A stretch of DNA of 64,000 nucleotides, from IMG/VR virus record IMGVR_UViG_2716884767_000001, positions 1 to 64,000 of that record. One strand, written 5' to 3'. This document shows, one piece after another, positions 30,354 through 39,917 of the stretch. The notes under the pieces are model-generated. The model was not told the origin of the DNA and made no database searches. It was given only the letters and a program-made list of their open reading frames with translations. A program made the translations under genes and the position numbers. Numbering within the stretch: the stretch's first letter is position 1; every line of letters begins with the position of its first letter. The DNA comes from a virus.

Positions 30354-30559
30354 TGATTAAAGTCAAAGGATACTCACATCTATTCAGAGATGAAAGAACA
30401 GGTGCAATTATAAATTGTGATGATGTTGGATATGATCAGTATGTTAAATCTGTTAAACTAAGAAAAAATCAAAGACGTGAGATTTCTGATATGAGAAAAG
30501 ACATTGATGAAATAAAGGCATTATTGAAAATAATAGTTGATGGCAATAATAAGACATAA
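30353..30559 (+). CDS. Conserved small virion-module protein (68 aa)
   Basis: KV.G...L.RD..TGAIIN followed by a coiled coil. Confidence 0.85.
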   Translation: MIKVKGYSHLFRDERTGAIINCDDVGYDQYVKSVKLRKNQRREISDMRKDIDEIKALLKIIVDGNNKT

Positions 30560-30588
30560 ATATAATTAGAAAATATTATTTTAAGTAG

Positions 30589-30930
30589 ATGGCAGCCGTA
30601 TATGTTTCGAATTTAATTATCAATGCAGGATCAGATTTCAGTCAAACATTTGATTTGATAGAGAGTGATGATTCTGGACCATTAGATTTAACTAATTTTA
30701 CAGTCTCAGCTCAATTTAGGAAACATGCTGGAAGTTCTTCGAAACATGATTTTACAACTGCTGTAAGTGATGCAGAACAGGGAAAGATACTAATATCTTT
30801 GTCAGCTGCATCCTCATCTACACCAAAACCAGGTCGATATGTGTATGATATTGTAATAACGGATGTAGGAAATGTTAAAACAAGAGTAATTGAAGGATCA
30901 GTTCTCTTGAGGGAGGGAGTAACTCGATAA
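30589..30930 (+). CDS. Virion structural protein (113 aa)
   Basis: NL.I..G.DF...F, GRYVYDIVI and RVIEG...GVT. Confidence 0.85.
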   Translation: MAAVYVSNLIINAGSDFSQTFDLIESDDSGPLDLTNFTVSAQFRKHAGSSSKHDFTTAVSDAEQGKILISLSAASSSTPKPGRYVYDIVITDVGNVKTRVIEGSVLLREGVTR

Positions 30931-32429
30931 TGCCAATAAAAGTAAGAGTTGGACAAGCAGATGCAGTAAAAATACTATCCAGTGCGGGTGGTGGTTCTGT
31001 TGAGGCATTTACTGCTCAAAACGTCATAGGTGGTATTGCCTCTGTAACACAATTGGATGTTACTGGTATATCAACTTTTAATGGAAATATTGATGCGACT
31101 GGTATATCAACTTTTAATGGAAATGTTTCAATCGGATCTAGTATCCTACTTGAATCTAATGGACAAGCATCTTTTACAGGTTTTACAACATTTCAAGGTT
31201 CAAAATTTAATGATGATGTTTTTATTAGAAATCCTGCTGGAAATACTATCATCTTTAGAAATGAAGGTGATGCGTTTTTCAATGGTATTGTTACTGCTAC
31301 TACATTTTCAGGAGATTTAAGTGGAATTGCAACTTCTGCAAGAGGTTTAACTGGTTCTCCAGATATTGATGTAAGTAAAATTGTCGGTACTGATTTATCA
31401 ATATCTGGTATTACCACACTCGGCAATACCGATATTAATGGTGATTTAGGTTTAAAGAAAACCATTAGTATTCAATATTCACCAACAACATCTATTACAC
31501 CGATAGTAAGTGTAAGAAATGATGCTACTTTAAACAATTCATTTGGAGGATTAAGATTACAAGCACATAATGCTAATGCTGCTGCAGCAATTTTTGATAT
31601 TTCTGTTCTTAATGGTTCTGATAACTATAAATCTACTCTTGTATTTCAATCAAGAGATGGTGAAAATTCTTTTAGTGAAAAACTTCGTATCACATCAGAT
31701 GGTTCAGTTGGTATTGGAACAATTAATCCTCAAGGAGATTTGCAGGTTGGAACTGGTGTAACTGTTTATGGTAATACAGGAATTGTAAGTGCCAAAACAT
31801 TTAGTGGTAATGCAACAACTGCTACTTTGTCAATATTCTCGTTCATGAAGAATAATAGTACTGCTGATGAAACAGTATTCCCTGTCTTCGTGGATGGTGA
31901 TGGTAATTTAACTGCTCAAGAGTTAGAGGTAGATAGTGGATTTACATATAATCCATCCACTGGAATATTAAGTGCCACTACATTTAAGGGTTCTTTAACT
32001 GGTGATATAATTGGTGATGTAACTGGAAATGTTTCAGGAAATGCTGGAACTGCAACGTCACTAGCAAACTCAAGAACTATAGGTGGTGTAAGTTTTGATG
32101 GCACTGCAAACATAGATTTACCTGGTGTAAATACAGCTGGTAATCAAAACACAACTGGAACTGCTGGAGGATTAAGTGGTACACCAAGTATAACTGTTCA
32201 GGATATCACTGCTGAAACAGTTTCTATTGGAGGAACATTATCATATGAGGATGTAACAAACGTAGACTCAGTTGGTCTTGTTACTGCAAGAGAAGGTGTA
32301 AGAATCAGCACTGGAGGACTTGTTGTAACTTCAGGTGTTTCTACTTTCAGTGGAATTGCAACATTTACGCAAAATGTATTTGTTGATGGAACATTAACCG
32401 CAGCACTTATAGATGGAGGTGTATTTTAA
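30930..32429 (+). CDS. Tail fibre-like protein (499 aa)
   Basis: G/T/S-rich; EKLRITSDGSVGIGT, GNAGTATSL..SRTIGGVSFDGTANI.LPGVN and YEDVTNVDSVG.VTAR fibre modules; IDGG.F C-terminus. Confidence 0.85.
   Translation: MPIKVRVGQADAVKILSSAGGGSVEAFTAQNVIGGIASVTQLDVTGISTFNGNIDATGISTFNGNVSIGSSILLESNGQASFTGFTTFQGSKFNDDVFIRNPAGNTIIFRNEGDAFFNGIVTATTFSGDLSGIATSARGLTGSPDIDVSKIVGTDLSISGITTLGNTDINGDLGLKKTISIQYSPTTSITPIVSVRNDATLNNSFGGLRLQAHNANAAAAIFDISVLNGSDNYKSTLVFQSRDGENSFSEKLRITSDGSVGIGTINPQGDLQVGTGVTVYGNTGIVSAKTFSGNATTATLSIFSFMKNNSTADETVFPVFVDGDGNLTAQELEVDSGFTYNPSTGILSATTFKGSLTGDIIGDVTGNVSGNAGTATSLANSRTIGGVSFDGTANIDLPGVNTAGNQNTTGTAGGLSGTPSITVQDITAETVSIGGTLSYEDVTNVDSVGLVTAREGVRISTGGLVVTSGVSTFSGIATFTQNVFVDGTLTAALIDGGVF
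31062..31124 (+). repeat. In-frame duplication with a 36-nt period in the fibre gene
   Basis: ACTGGTATATCAACTTTTAATGGAAAT identical at 31062 and 31098 (TGISTFNGN twice). Confidence 0.9.
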
Positions 32430-33274
32430 TGGCTAAACCAAGTACTAGACAAGAATTAATTGATTATTGTTTTCGCAAATTAGGTGCACCAGTTTTAGAG
32501 GTCAACGTGGATGATGATCAAGCAGATGATCTAATTGATGATGCTCTTCAATTGTTTGGAGAAAGGCATTTTGATGGTATTGAGAGAATGTATCTTAAGT
32601 ATGAATTAACTCAAGAAGATATAGATCGTGGAAAGGCATCGGGAACGTCTGGAGTTGGAATCGTCACAACCACTGGAAATTCAACAAGTGTAAGTGGTTT
32701 AGGAACTGTTACTTCTAATTTTTACGAAACATCAAACTTTATACAGGTACCAGATTCAGTTGTTGGAATTGATAGAATATTTAAATTTGATACAAGTTCA
32801 ATATCTGGTGGAATGTTTAGTATTAAGTATCAGTTATTTTTGAATGATCTGTATTATTTCAATTCTGTTAATCTTTTACAATACTCTATGACAAAAAGAT
32901 ACCTTGAGGATATTGACCATTTACTTACAACAGATAAACAAATAAGATTTAATAAAAGACAAAATAGATTGTATTTAGATATTGATTGGGCTGCACAAGA
33001 TGCAGGAACATTTTTAGTGATTCAATGTGATCGAATTTTAGATCCTGATAACTTTACTGGTGTCTATAATGATAGTTTCTTAAAATTATATCTCACATCA
33101 TTAATAAAAAGACAGTGGGGTCAAAATTTAATTAAATTCCAAGGTGTTAAATTACCAGGTGGTTTAGAACTGAATGGAAGACAGATATACGACGATGCAG
33201 AGAGAGAATTAGAAAGTATTAGAGAAAGACTTATTTCCGAGTATGAATTACCACCTCTTGATTTTATAGGTTAA
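32429..33274 (+). CDS. gp13: Neck protein gp13
   Basis: LIDYC.RKLGAPVLEVNV and KRQWGQNL.KF.GVKLPGG..LNG. Confidence 0.95.
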   Translation: MAKPSTRQELIDYCFRKLGAPVLEVNVDDDQADDLIDDALQLFGERHFDGIERMYLKYELTQEDIDRGKASGTSGVGIVTTTGNSTSVSGLGTVTSNFYETSNFIQVPDSVVGIDRIFKFDTSSISGGMFSIKYQLFLNDLYYFNSVNLLQYSMTKRYLEDIDHLLTTDKQIRFNKRQNRLYLDIDWAAQDAGTFLVIQCDRILDPDNFTGVYNDSFLKLYLTSLIKRQWGQNLIKFQGVKLPGGLELNGRQIYDDAERELESIRERLISEYELPPLDFIG

Positions 33275-33279
33275 TTATA

Positions 33280-34713
33280 ATGGCATTAAATCCCTTTTTC
33301 TTACAAGGATCACAAAGTGAACAAAGACTCGTTCAAGATTTAATCAATGAGCAGTTAAAAATTTATGGTGTTGAGGTAAAATATTTACCTCGAAGAATAG
33401 TTAAAAAGGATAATATATTTACAGAGGTTCAATCTTCTAGATTTGGTGATAATTTTTCAATTGAAGCATACGTAAACACATTTGATGGGTATGGTGGAGC
33501 TGGTGATATTATGACTAAATTTGGTATGAGTTTAAAAGATGAACTTATAGTTACAATATCCAAAGAAAGATTCGAAGATTTTATTTCCCCATTTTTAGAG
33601 TCTTTACCTGAAGATGAGATAGAAGTTACAAGTAGACCGAATGAAGGAGACTTAATATTCTTTCCATTAGGTGGAAGACTCTTTGAAATTAAATTTGTTG
33701 AACACGAAAAACCTTTTTATCAGTTAGGTAAAAATTACGTTTATGAACTTAGGTGTGAACTCTTTGAACTTGAAGACGAAGTGGGTGGATGGGATCAACT
33801 TAGTACAACAACTGAGGAAATTGATGATGCTCTTGTTGATCAAGGTTATATTACATCTCTCAAACTTATATCGGTTGGTTCAACAGCAACATTAGGTGTA
33901 ACCACTGCAACTGGATATATTAGAAATATATTTTTAAATGAGGATGGATATGATTACGATAAAGTACCAACAGTCACAATCAGTTCACCACCAGGAGCAG
34001 GAACTACTGCTACTGCAGTGGCAATCACAACATCCATCAATGGTGTAAATTCTGTCAAAGAAATATTATTAACAAATGCAGGATCTGGATATACTGTTAC
34101 ACCAACTGTAACAATTGTGAGTGCTGCCTCTACAATATTAGGTGTTGGATCAACAACGTATGGTGTTGGTGCAGCTGCAACAGCATTATTAGTCAAAGAT
34201 AGTGCTGGTATTGGAAATGTAAATATTACATCAAGTGGTAGTGGATATGCTAATGCACCAACATTATTCTTCAACAGTCCTATATCTGGAGTAGGAACTG
34301 CTACAGGTAGAGTTTTAATTGATACCACAAGCAACGTCGTTACACAAGTTCTCATATCAGATGCAGGTATTGGATATACAAGTGGTACTGGAATTGCTAC
34401 GGTTTCTCCTCCACCAGTAATAACAGGTATTGGAACATATCAATTTAATGAGGTTGTTACAGGTTCAGTTTCTAATGCAACAGCAAGAGTTAAATCTTGG
34501 AATGTGACAACGAATACATTAAAATTAGGAACAACAAACGGTACTTTTGTTGCTGGTGATACCATAGTTGGATCTGCATCATCTGCACAATATACGGTTG
34601 ATTTTGTAGAATCAGCAGAATTTGCTGATAAATATGATAAAAGTGATGAAATCGAAACAGAAGCAGATGATATCATCGATTTTTCAGAAAATAATCCATT
34701 TGGTACATTCTAA
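33280..34713 (+). CDS. gp14: Neck protein gp14 with central insertion domains
   Basis: EQ.LVQDL.NEQ, RPNEGDLI, EHEKPFYQLGK and DFSE.NPFG. Confidence 0.93.
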   Translation: MALNPFFLQGSQSEQRLVQDLINEQLKIYGVEVKYLPRRIVKKDNIFTEVQSSRFGDNFSIEAYVNTFDGYGGAGDIMTKFGMSLKDELIVTISKERFEDFISPFLESLPEDEIEVTSRPNEGDLIFFPLGGRLFEIKFVEHEKPFYQLGKNYVYELRCELFELEDEVGGWDQLSTTTEEIDDALVDQGYITSLKLISVGSTATLGVTTATGYIRNIFLNEDGYDYDKVPTVTISSPPGAGTTATAVAITTSINGVNSVKEILLTNAGSGYTVTPTVTIVSAASTILGVGSTTYGVGAAATALLVKDSAGIGNVNITSSGSGYANAPTLFFNSPISGVGTATGRVLIDTTSNVVTQVLISDAGIGYTSGTGIATVSPPPVITGIGTYQFNEVVTGSVSNATARVKSWNVTTNTLKLGTTNGTFVAGDTIVGSASSAQYTVDFVESAEFADKYDKSDEIETEADDIIDFSENNPFGTF

Positions 34714-35510
34714 TGTTAGGAACTTATTACTATCATGAAATAATTCGAAAGACAATTGTTTCTTTTGGCACCTTGTTTAATGCTATTAGTATTCGACATG
34801 GTGATAAATCAGGTAGTACTTATAGTGAATTAAAAGTTCCTTTGGCATACGGACCTTCACAAAAATTCTTAGCAAGACTCGAACAACAAGCAGATTTGAA
34901 TAAACCAGTTGGAATTACTCTTCCTCGAATGTCTTTTGAAATGAATAATGTTTCATATGATTCATCGAGAAAAACTGGAATCACTCAAACATTTAAAGCA
35001 TCAGATGGTAATAATGTAAAAAAAGTTTTTATGCCCGTTCCATATAACATTGGATTTGAATTAAATATACTTGCAAAATTAAATGATGATGCTCTACAAA
35101 TTATTGAACAGATATTGCCATATTTTCAACCATCATTCAATCTTACAGTTGATTTAGTTAAATCTATTGGAGAAAAAAGAGATATACCAATTGTTTTAGA
35201 CAGTATTAATTTTCAAGATGATTATGAAGGAGATTTTTCAACACGTAGAGCATTAATATATACATTAGGATTTACGGCAAAGACCTATCTATTTGGTCCT
35301 GTTGCAGAGTCCTCTGAGGGTCTTATTAAGAAAGTTCAAGTTGACTATGCTGCTGATACTGATGTTCGAAATACAAAACGAGAAGTCAGATACACTGTAA
35401 CACCTGACCCCGTAGATGCTGGACCAGATGATGATTTTGGATTTAGTGAAACAACTTCATTCTTTTCTGATTCTAAATCTTATAGTTCTACAAGGCAAAC
35501 TGATATCTAA
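34713..35510 (+). CDS. gp15: Tail sheath stabilizer/terminator gp15
   Basis: IRKTIV.FGTLFN, VPLAYGP.QKFLARL, LPRMSFE and QIIEQILPYFQP. Confidence 0.95.
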   Translation: MLGTYYYHEIIRKTIVSFGTLFNAISIRHGDKSGSTYSELKVPLAYGPSQKFLARLEQQADLNKPVGITLPRMSFEMNNVSYDSSRKTGITQTFKASDGNNVKKVFMPVPYNIGFELNILAKLNDDALQIIEQILPYFQPSFNLTVDLVKSIGEKRDIPIVLDSINFQDDYEGDFSTRRALIYTLGFTAKTYLFGPVAESSEGLIKKVQVDYAADTDVRNTKREVRYTVTPDPVDAGPDDDFGFSETTSFFSDSKSYSSTRQTDI

Positions 35511-35962
35511 TGGATAATTTCAAATCTATTGACAAAGCTTTAAATATCAACTCTGAAGTTGTGCCTACACCTGAAGATGTTGTTGCTAAGAAGGGTCAAC
35601 TTAAAAAAGTTGAAAATCATGATGTTAGTAAAGATTATGATTATACAAGAGGTAATTTATATTCATTAATCGAAAAAGGACAGGAAGCAATTAATGGAAT
35701 TATGGAAGTTGCTGGTGAAACCGCAAGTCCAAGGGCATATGAAGTTGCAGGTCAATTAATAAAATCAGTGGCAGACACAACTGATAAATTAATGGATCTA
35801 CAGAAAAAAGTCAAAGAAGTAGAAGAAGATAGTAATAAAACTACAAATAATGTTACTAATAATGCTTTGTTTGTTGGATCAACATCAGAGTTATCAAAAA
35901 TGTTGAAACAAGGAATTCTAAATAATAAAGAGGAATCGAATCCTAAGAATGAAAAAGTGTAA
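35510..35962 (+). CDS. gp16: Terminase small subunit gp16
   Basis: DYDYTRGNLYSLIEKG, SPRAYEVAGQLIK and FVGST.EL. Confidence 0.93.
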   Translation: MDNFKSIDKALNINSEVVPTPEDVVAKKGQLKKVENHDVSKDYDYTRGNLYSLIEKGQEAINGIMEVAGETASPRAYEVAGQLIKSVADTTDKLMDLQKKVKEVEEDSNKTTNNVTNNALFVGSTSELSKMLKQGILNNKEESNPKNEKV

Positions 35963-37727
35963 ATCTGGATACTATTATTGCCAAACTGATAAGAAGTGTA
36001 AACCAATTCCTTCGGGATATCGTATTGGTTTTGGTGGATTTTTAAGACCTGAAAAAAGTAATGGAAAGTCTAATGGTAATGGTAACGGAAATGGTAATGG
36101 TAACGGAAATGGTAATGGTAATGGTGGTAATGGGAACGGTGGATCTAATGGAGGAGGAATGAGTGAAGGATCATTACATAAATGGTTTAAAGGTTCCAAA
36201 TCTAAAGATGGTAAAGGTGGTTGGGTCAACGTAGTCACAGGTGGAACTTGTGCAAGTGACGAACCTGGTGAAGGAACACCAAAATGTGTTTCATCTTCTA
36301 AGAGAGCAAGTATGACAAAGGCAGAAAGATTATCTGCTGCCCGTCGTAAGAAAAAAGCAGATCCTGGTCAACAATCAAAAACTGGTGCTGCAAAACCAAC
36401 TTATGTTTCAACTGACAAACCTAAAAAGAAAATGAAAGAAGAAATTCAAATTAATGAATCTGACAAAAAGGGTAAAGGTAGTGGATCTAAAGATGCCTGT
36501 TACCATAAAGTCAAATCAAGATATTCTGTGTGGCCAAGTGCTTATGCTTCAGGTGCATTAGTTAAGTGTCGTAAAGTCGGTGCTGCAAACTGGGGTAATA
36601 GTAGTAAGAAAGAAGAGTTTGAACCAACTGGTATTTCATTCCAACAGTTTTCAGAAAAATGTTGGAAGGGATATGAAAAGAAAGGCATGAAGACAATGTT
36701 TGGTAAGAGGTATCCAAACTGCGTAAAGAAGGAGCAAGTTGAAAGAGATGAGTATGGTGATCCGATGGGTGGACCAAAGATATCAGATAAACAGAAAAAG
36801 AAAAATTTAGCAAAGAACGAACCAGACAAGCAACATACTACAGATACTTCTGAAGGAATGGCATATGGAATCACTAGAGGATCAGGTAAACCATCAGGTC
36901 AAATGGCAGCATTTGGAAAAAAGAAAAAAGAAAATCCTTATTCTCTAAAGAATAAGTTAAAGATGGTGATTAAAAGTGTTGCCGAAAAAGAAAGAGCAAA
37001 GGCTGGTGTGACAAAAGAGGATGTCATACCAGAGGCAAAGTATGAAGCAGGTGCTTCAACTTATGGTAAAGCAACAATTAGAAATAAAAGAAAGTTTGGA
37101 ACATCTGGTGAAATGCCAGATATTATGACTGGAAAGAAGATCACAAAGGATGCGACAAGAGGTGAACTAATTACTAAAAGAAGAGAGGAACACAAAGCAA
37201 AACGTGGTGTGAAAGAAGAGGTTGGTGTTAGCACATCTACCATGAAAGATAATGCAAAGAAAGAGGCAATGCTTAGAAAGAAGGAGCAGGATGCCGTTGC
37301 TAAAAAGATGAAGAAAGAAGAAAGTGAATTACTTGTTCAAGATTGGAAAAAGGATAATATTAAATTTACTGAAATTCAGACAGTAGATATTATCAAACCA
37401 GAACCACTAAATCCTTCTGATTGGAGAAATGAACTCAGTGAAGATGATATGAAAGGTATGAGTGTTAAGTCGGGACATAAAAGACCTACAAAGAGTGGTG
37501 CAGGAATGACACAAAAAGGTGTTGAAGCATATCGTCGTAGAAATCCTGGTTCTAAATTAAAAACTGCAGTGACCACAGAACCATCTAAGTTAAAAAAGGG
37601 TTCGAAGGATGCGAATCGTAGAAAAAGTTATTGTGCTCGAAGTGCAGGTCAAATGAAGAAGTTTCCAAAGGCAGCAAAAGACCCAGATAGTAGATTAAGA
37701 CAAGCACGTCGTCGTTGGAATTGCTGA
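35949..37727 (+). CDS. Highly basic modular protein (592 aa); putative internal-head polyprotein
   Basis: K/R/G-rich mini-domains (WPSAYASGALVKCRK; C-terminal DUF6321-like YRR.NPGSKLKTAV..SYCARS..RW.C) separated by Glu-containing linkers; late promoter at 35918. Confidence 0.85.
   Translation: MKKCKSGYYYCQTDKKCKPIPSGYRIGFGGFLRPEKSNGKSNGNGNGNGNGNGNGNGNGGNGNGGSNGGGMSEGSLHKWFKGSKSKDGKGGWVNVVTGGTCASDEPGEGTPKCVSSSKRASMTKAERLSAARRKKKADPGQQSKTGAAKPTYVSTDKPKKKMKEEIQINESDKKGKGSGSKDACYHKVKSRYSVWPSAYASGALVKCRKVGAANWGNSSKKEEFEPTGISFQQFSEKCWKGYEKKGMKTMFGKRYPNCVKKEQVERDEYGDPMGGPKISDKQKKKNLAKNEPDKQHTTDTSEGMAYGITRGSGKPSGQMAAFGKKKKENPYSLKNKLKMVIKSVAEKERAKAGVTKEDVIPEAKYEAGASTYGKATIRNKRKFGTSGEMPDIMTGKKITKDATRGELITKRREEHKAKRGVKEEVGVSTSTMKDNAKKEAMLRKKEQDAVAKKMKKEESELLVQDWKKDNIKFTEIQTVDIIKPEPLNPSDWRNELSEDDMKGMSVKSGHKRPTKSGAGMTQKGVEAYRRRNPGSKLKTAVTTEPSKLKKGSKDANRRKSYCARSAGQMKKFPKAAKDPDSRLRQARRRWNC
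36072..36158 (+). repeat. (Asn-Gly)n coding minisatellite
   Basis: AATGGTAATGGTAACGGA twice plus further AATGGT units. Confidence 0.9.
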
Positions 37728-37733
37728 TAAGTT

Positions 37734-39380
37734 ATGGTTGATAATGTATATCTTGGTAATCCAAATTTAAAAAAAGCAAATACTCCTCACGAATTTACAG
37801 AGGAGCAGGTCATTGAGTTTATCAAATGTAAGAATGACCCAGTTTATTTTGCAAAAAATTATATTAAGATTGTTTCTCTTGATGAAGGACTAACTCAGTT
37901 TCATCCATATGACTTTCAAGAAAAATTAATTAAAAACTTCCATGAAAACCGTTTCAACATATGTAAGATGCCTCGACAGACGGGTAAATCTACTACATCT
38001 GTATCATATCTTTTACATTATGCTGTTTTTAATGATAGTACAAACATTGGTATCCTTGCAAACAAAGCAGCAACTGCCCGTGATTTATTAAGTAGATTGC
38101 AAACTGCATATGAGAATTTACCTAAATGGATGCAACAGGGTATTATATCTTGGAATAAAGGATCACTGGAGTTAGAAAATGGATCAAAAATACTGGCAGC
38201 ATCTACCTCTGCATCTGCAGTTCGAGGTATGTCTTTCAACGTTCTTTTTCTGGACGAGTTTGCCTTTGTTCCTAATCATATTGCTGACTCGTTCTTTGCC
38301 TCTGTATATCCTACTATCACTTCTGGTAAAAACACCAAAGTCATAATGGTTTCAACCCCTCACGGGATGAACCATTTTTATAGGTACTGGCATGATGCGG
38401 AAAGAGGTAGAAATCAATATGTTACAACAGATGTGCACTGGTCGGAAGTTCCTGGTAGAGATGATGTTTGGAAACAACAAACAATTGCCAACACATCAGA
38501 ACAACAATTTAAAGTTGAGTTTGAATGTGAATTTCTTGGATCAGTTAATACTTTAATAAATCCTGCCATATTAAAAAATATGGTATATGATTCTCCAATT
38601 ACAAAAAATGCAGGATTAGATATTTACGAAGAACCAATAAAAGAACATAATTATATTATTACAGTTGACGTAGCTCGTGGGTTAGGAAACGATTATTCTG
38701 CATTTATAGTTTTTGATGTCACGCAGTTCCCTTATAAAGTTGTAGGAAAATATCGAAACAATGAAGTCAAACCTATGCTGTTTCCAAATGTAATATTTGA
38801 TGTTGCAAAGGGATATAATAATGCATACTTATTAGTTGAAGTTAATGATATTGGTGATCAGGTTGCAAGTATTCTCCAATTTGATCTTGAGTATGAAAAT
38901 CTACTTATGGCATCAATGAGAGGGAGAGCAGGTCAAGTGGTTGGACAAGGATTTTCAGGAAAGAAGACACAATTAGGTGTTAGGACAACTGCAGCAGTTA
39001 AAAAATTAGGTTGTAGTAATCTTAAAACAATGATTGAAGATAATAAATTGTTAACATGTGATTATGAAATCATATCGGAATTGACTACATTTGCACAAAA
39101 ACATAATTCATTTGAAGCAGAGGAAGGATGTAATGATGATTTAGCAATGTGTTTAGTATTATTTGCATGGTTAGTTGCACAAGATTATTTTAAAGAAATG
39201 ACAGATAACGATATCCGAAAAAGATTATATGAAGAACAAAGAAATCAAATTGAACAGGACATGGCACCTTTTGGATTTATTAATGATGGTTTGGATAATG
39301 AGAGTTTTGTTGACAAAGATGGAGATTTATGGAAAATTGATGAATATGGAGACCGTTCATATATGTGGGATTATTACTAA
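37734..39380 (+). CDS. gp17: Terminase large subunit gp17
   Basis: YLGNPNLKK, Walker A PRQTGKST, Walker B LFLDEFAF, VDVARG and NDDLAM. Confidence 0.98.
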   Translation: MVDNVYLGNPNLKKANTPHEFTEEQVIEFIKCKNDPVYFAKNYIKIVSLDEGLTQFHPYDFQEKLIKNFHENRFNICKMPRQTGKSTTSVSYLLHYAVFNDSTNIGILANKAATARDLLSRLQTAYENLPKWMQQGIISWNKGSLELENGSKILAASTSASAVRGMSFNVLFLDEFAFVPNHIADSFFASVYPTITSGKNTKVIMVSTPHGMNHFYRYWHDAERGRNQYVTTDVHWSEVPGRDDVWKQQTIANTSEQQFKVEFECEFLGSVNTLINPAILKNMVYDSPITKNAGLDIYEEPIKEHNYIITVDVARGLGNDYSAFIVFDVTQFPYKVVGKYRNNEVKPMLFPNVIFDVAKGYNNAYLLVEVNDIGDQVASILQFDLEYENLLMASMRGRAGQVVGQGFSGKKTQLGVRTTAAVKKLGCSNLKTMIEDNKLLTCDYEIISELTTFAQKHNSFEAEEGCNDDLAMCLVLFAWLVAQDYFKEMTDNDIRKRLYEEQRNQIEQDMAPFGFINDGLDNESFVDKDGDLWKIDEYGDRSYMWDYY

Positions 39381-39473
39381 TATAATTATAAAGCAATTAT
39401 TAAATGATTAAATATTTTTTGTATGGTATAATGAGATATAATAAAAAACTAAAAATTACAATGAGGAGGACTT

Positions 39474-39623
39474 ATGAGTGGAGACATGGGATTAGAACAA
39501 CCGATTATTTTTTATAGTAAAAAGATGACAGAAGCTAAAAAAATTGTTTTAGAGCATAAAGGAATTAAATTAGAATATCTAGAAATAAATAATAAAAAAT
39601 GTAATCGACATGGAGTTCGATGA
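39474..39623 (+). CDS. Small hypothetical protein (49 aa, MSGDMGLEQPIIFYS...)
   Basis: Translated by hand; strong SD GAGGAGG; extended -10 TGGTATAAT at 39424-39432. Confidence 0.65.
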   Translation: MSGDMGLEQPIIFYSKKMTEAKKIVLEHKGIKLEYLEINNKKCNRHGVR

Positions 39624-39837
39624 ACAGATAGAATTAGAACATTTATTATTTTCAGAAAGGAAATGTAGAGTTTGTGGTAAGGTTAAAAATTTAGTAGAAG
39701 ATTTCTATCTTACGAGAAAATATAAAGGAACTCTCCCATCAGCATATTCTTATGAATGTAAGACTTGTACTGTAAAAAGAATTACAAAAAGAAGAAAAGT
39801 TAAAATTTTAAAAGAAGATATATATCCAGACTGGTGA
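39610..39837 (+). CDS. CxxC..CxxC zinc-finger protein (75 aa)
   Basis: RKCRVC...FY...YSYECKTC and YPDW end; typical position between gp17 and gp18. Confidence 0.8.
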   Translation: MEFDEQIELEHLLFSERKCRVCGKVKNLVEDFYLTRKYKGTLPSAYSYECKTCTVKRITKRRKVKILKEDIYPDW

Positions 39838-39917
39838 TGCTCACGCATTGTTTCCCCGTCGTAAATACCCTTTTTCCTAAATATTTTTAGATAAATTTGA
39901 ATTACGAGGAGTAAGGG

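Noticed and set aside
39610-39837. Zinc-finger ORF as an active homing endonuclease
   Set aside because: Only 75 aa, with no HNH or EndoVII catalytic region.
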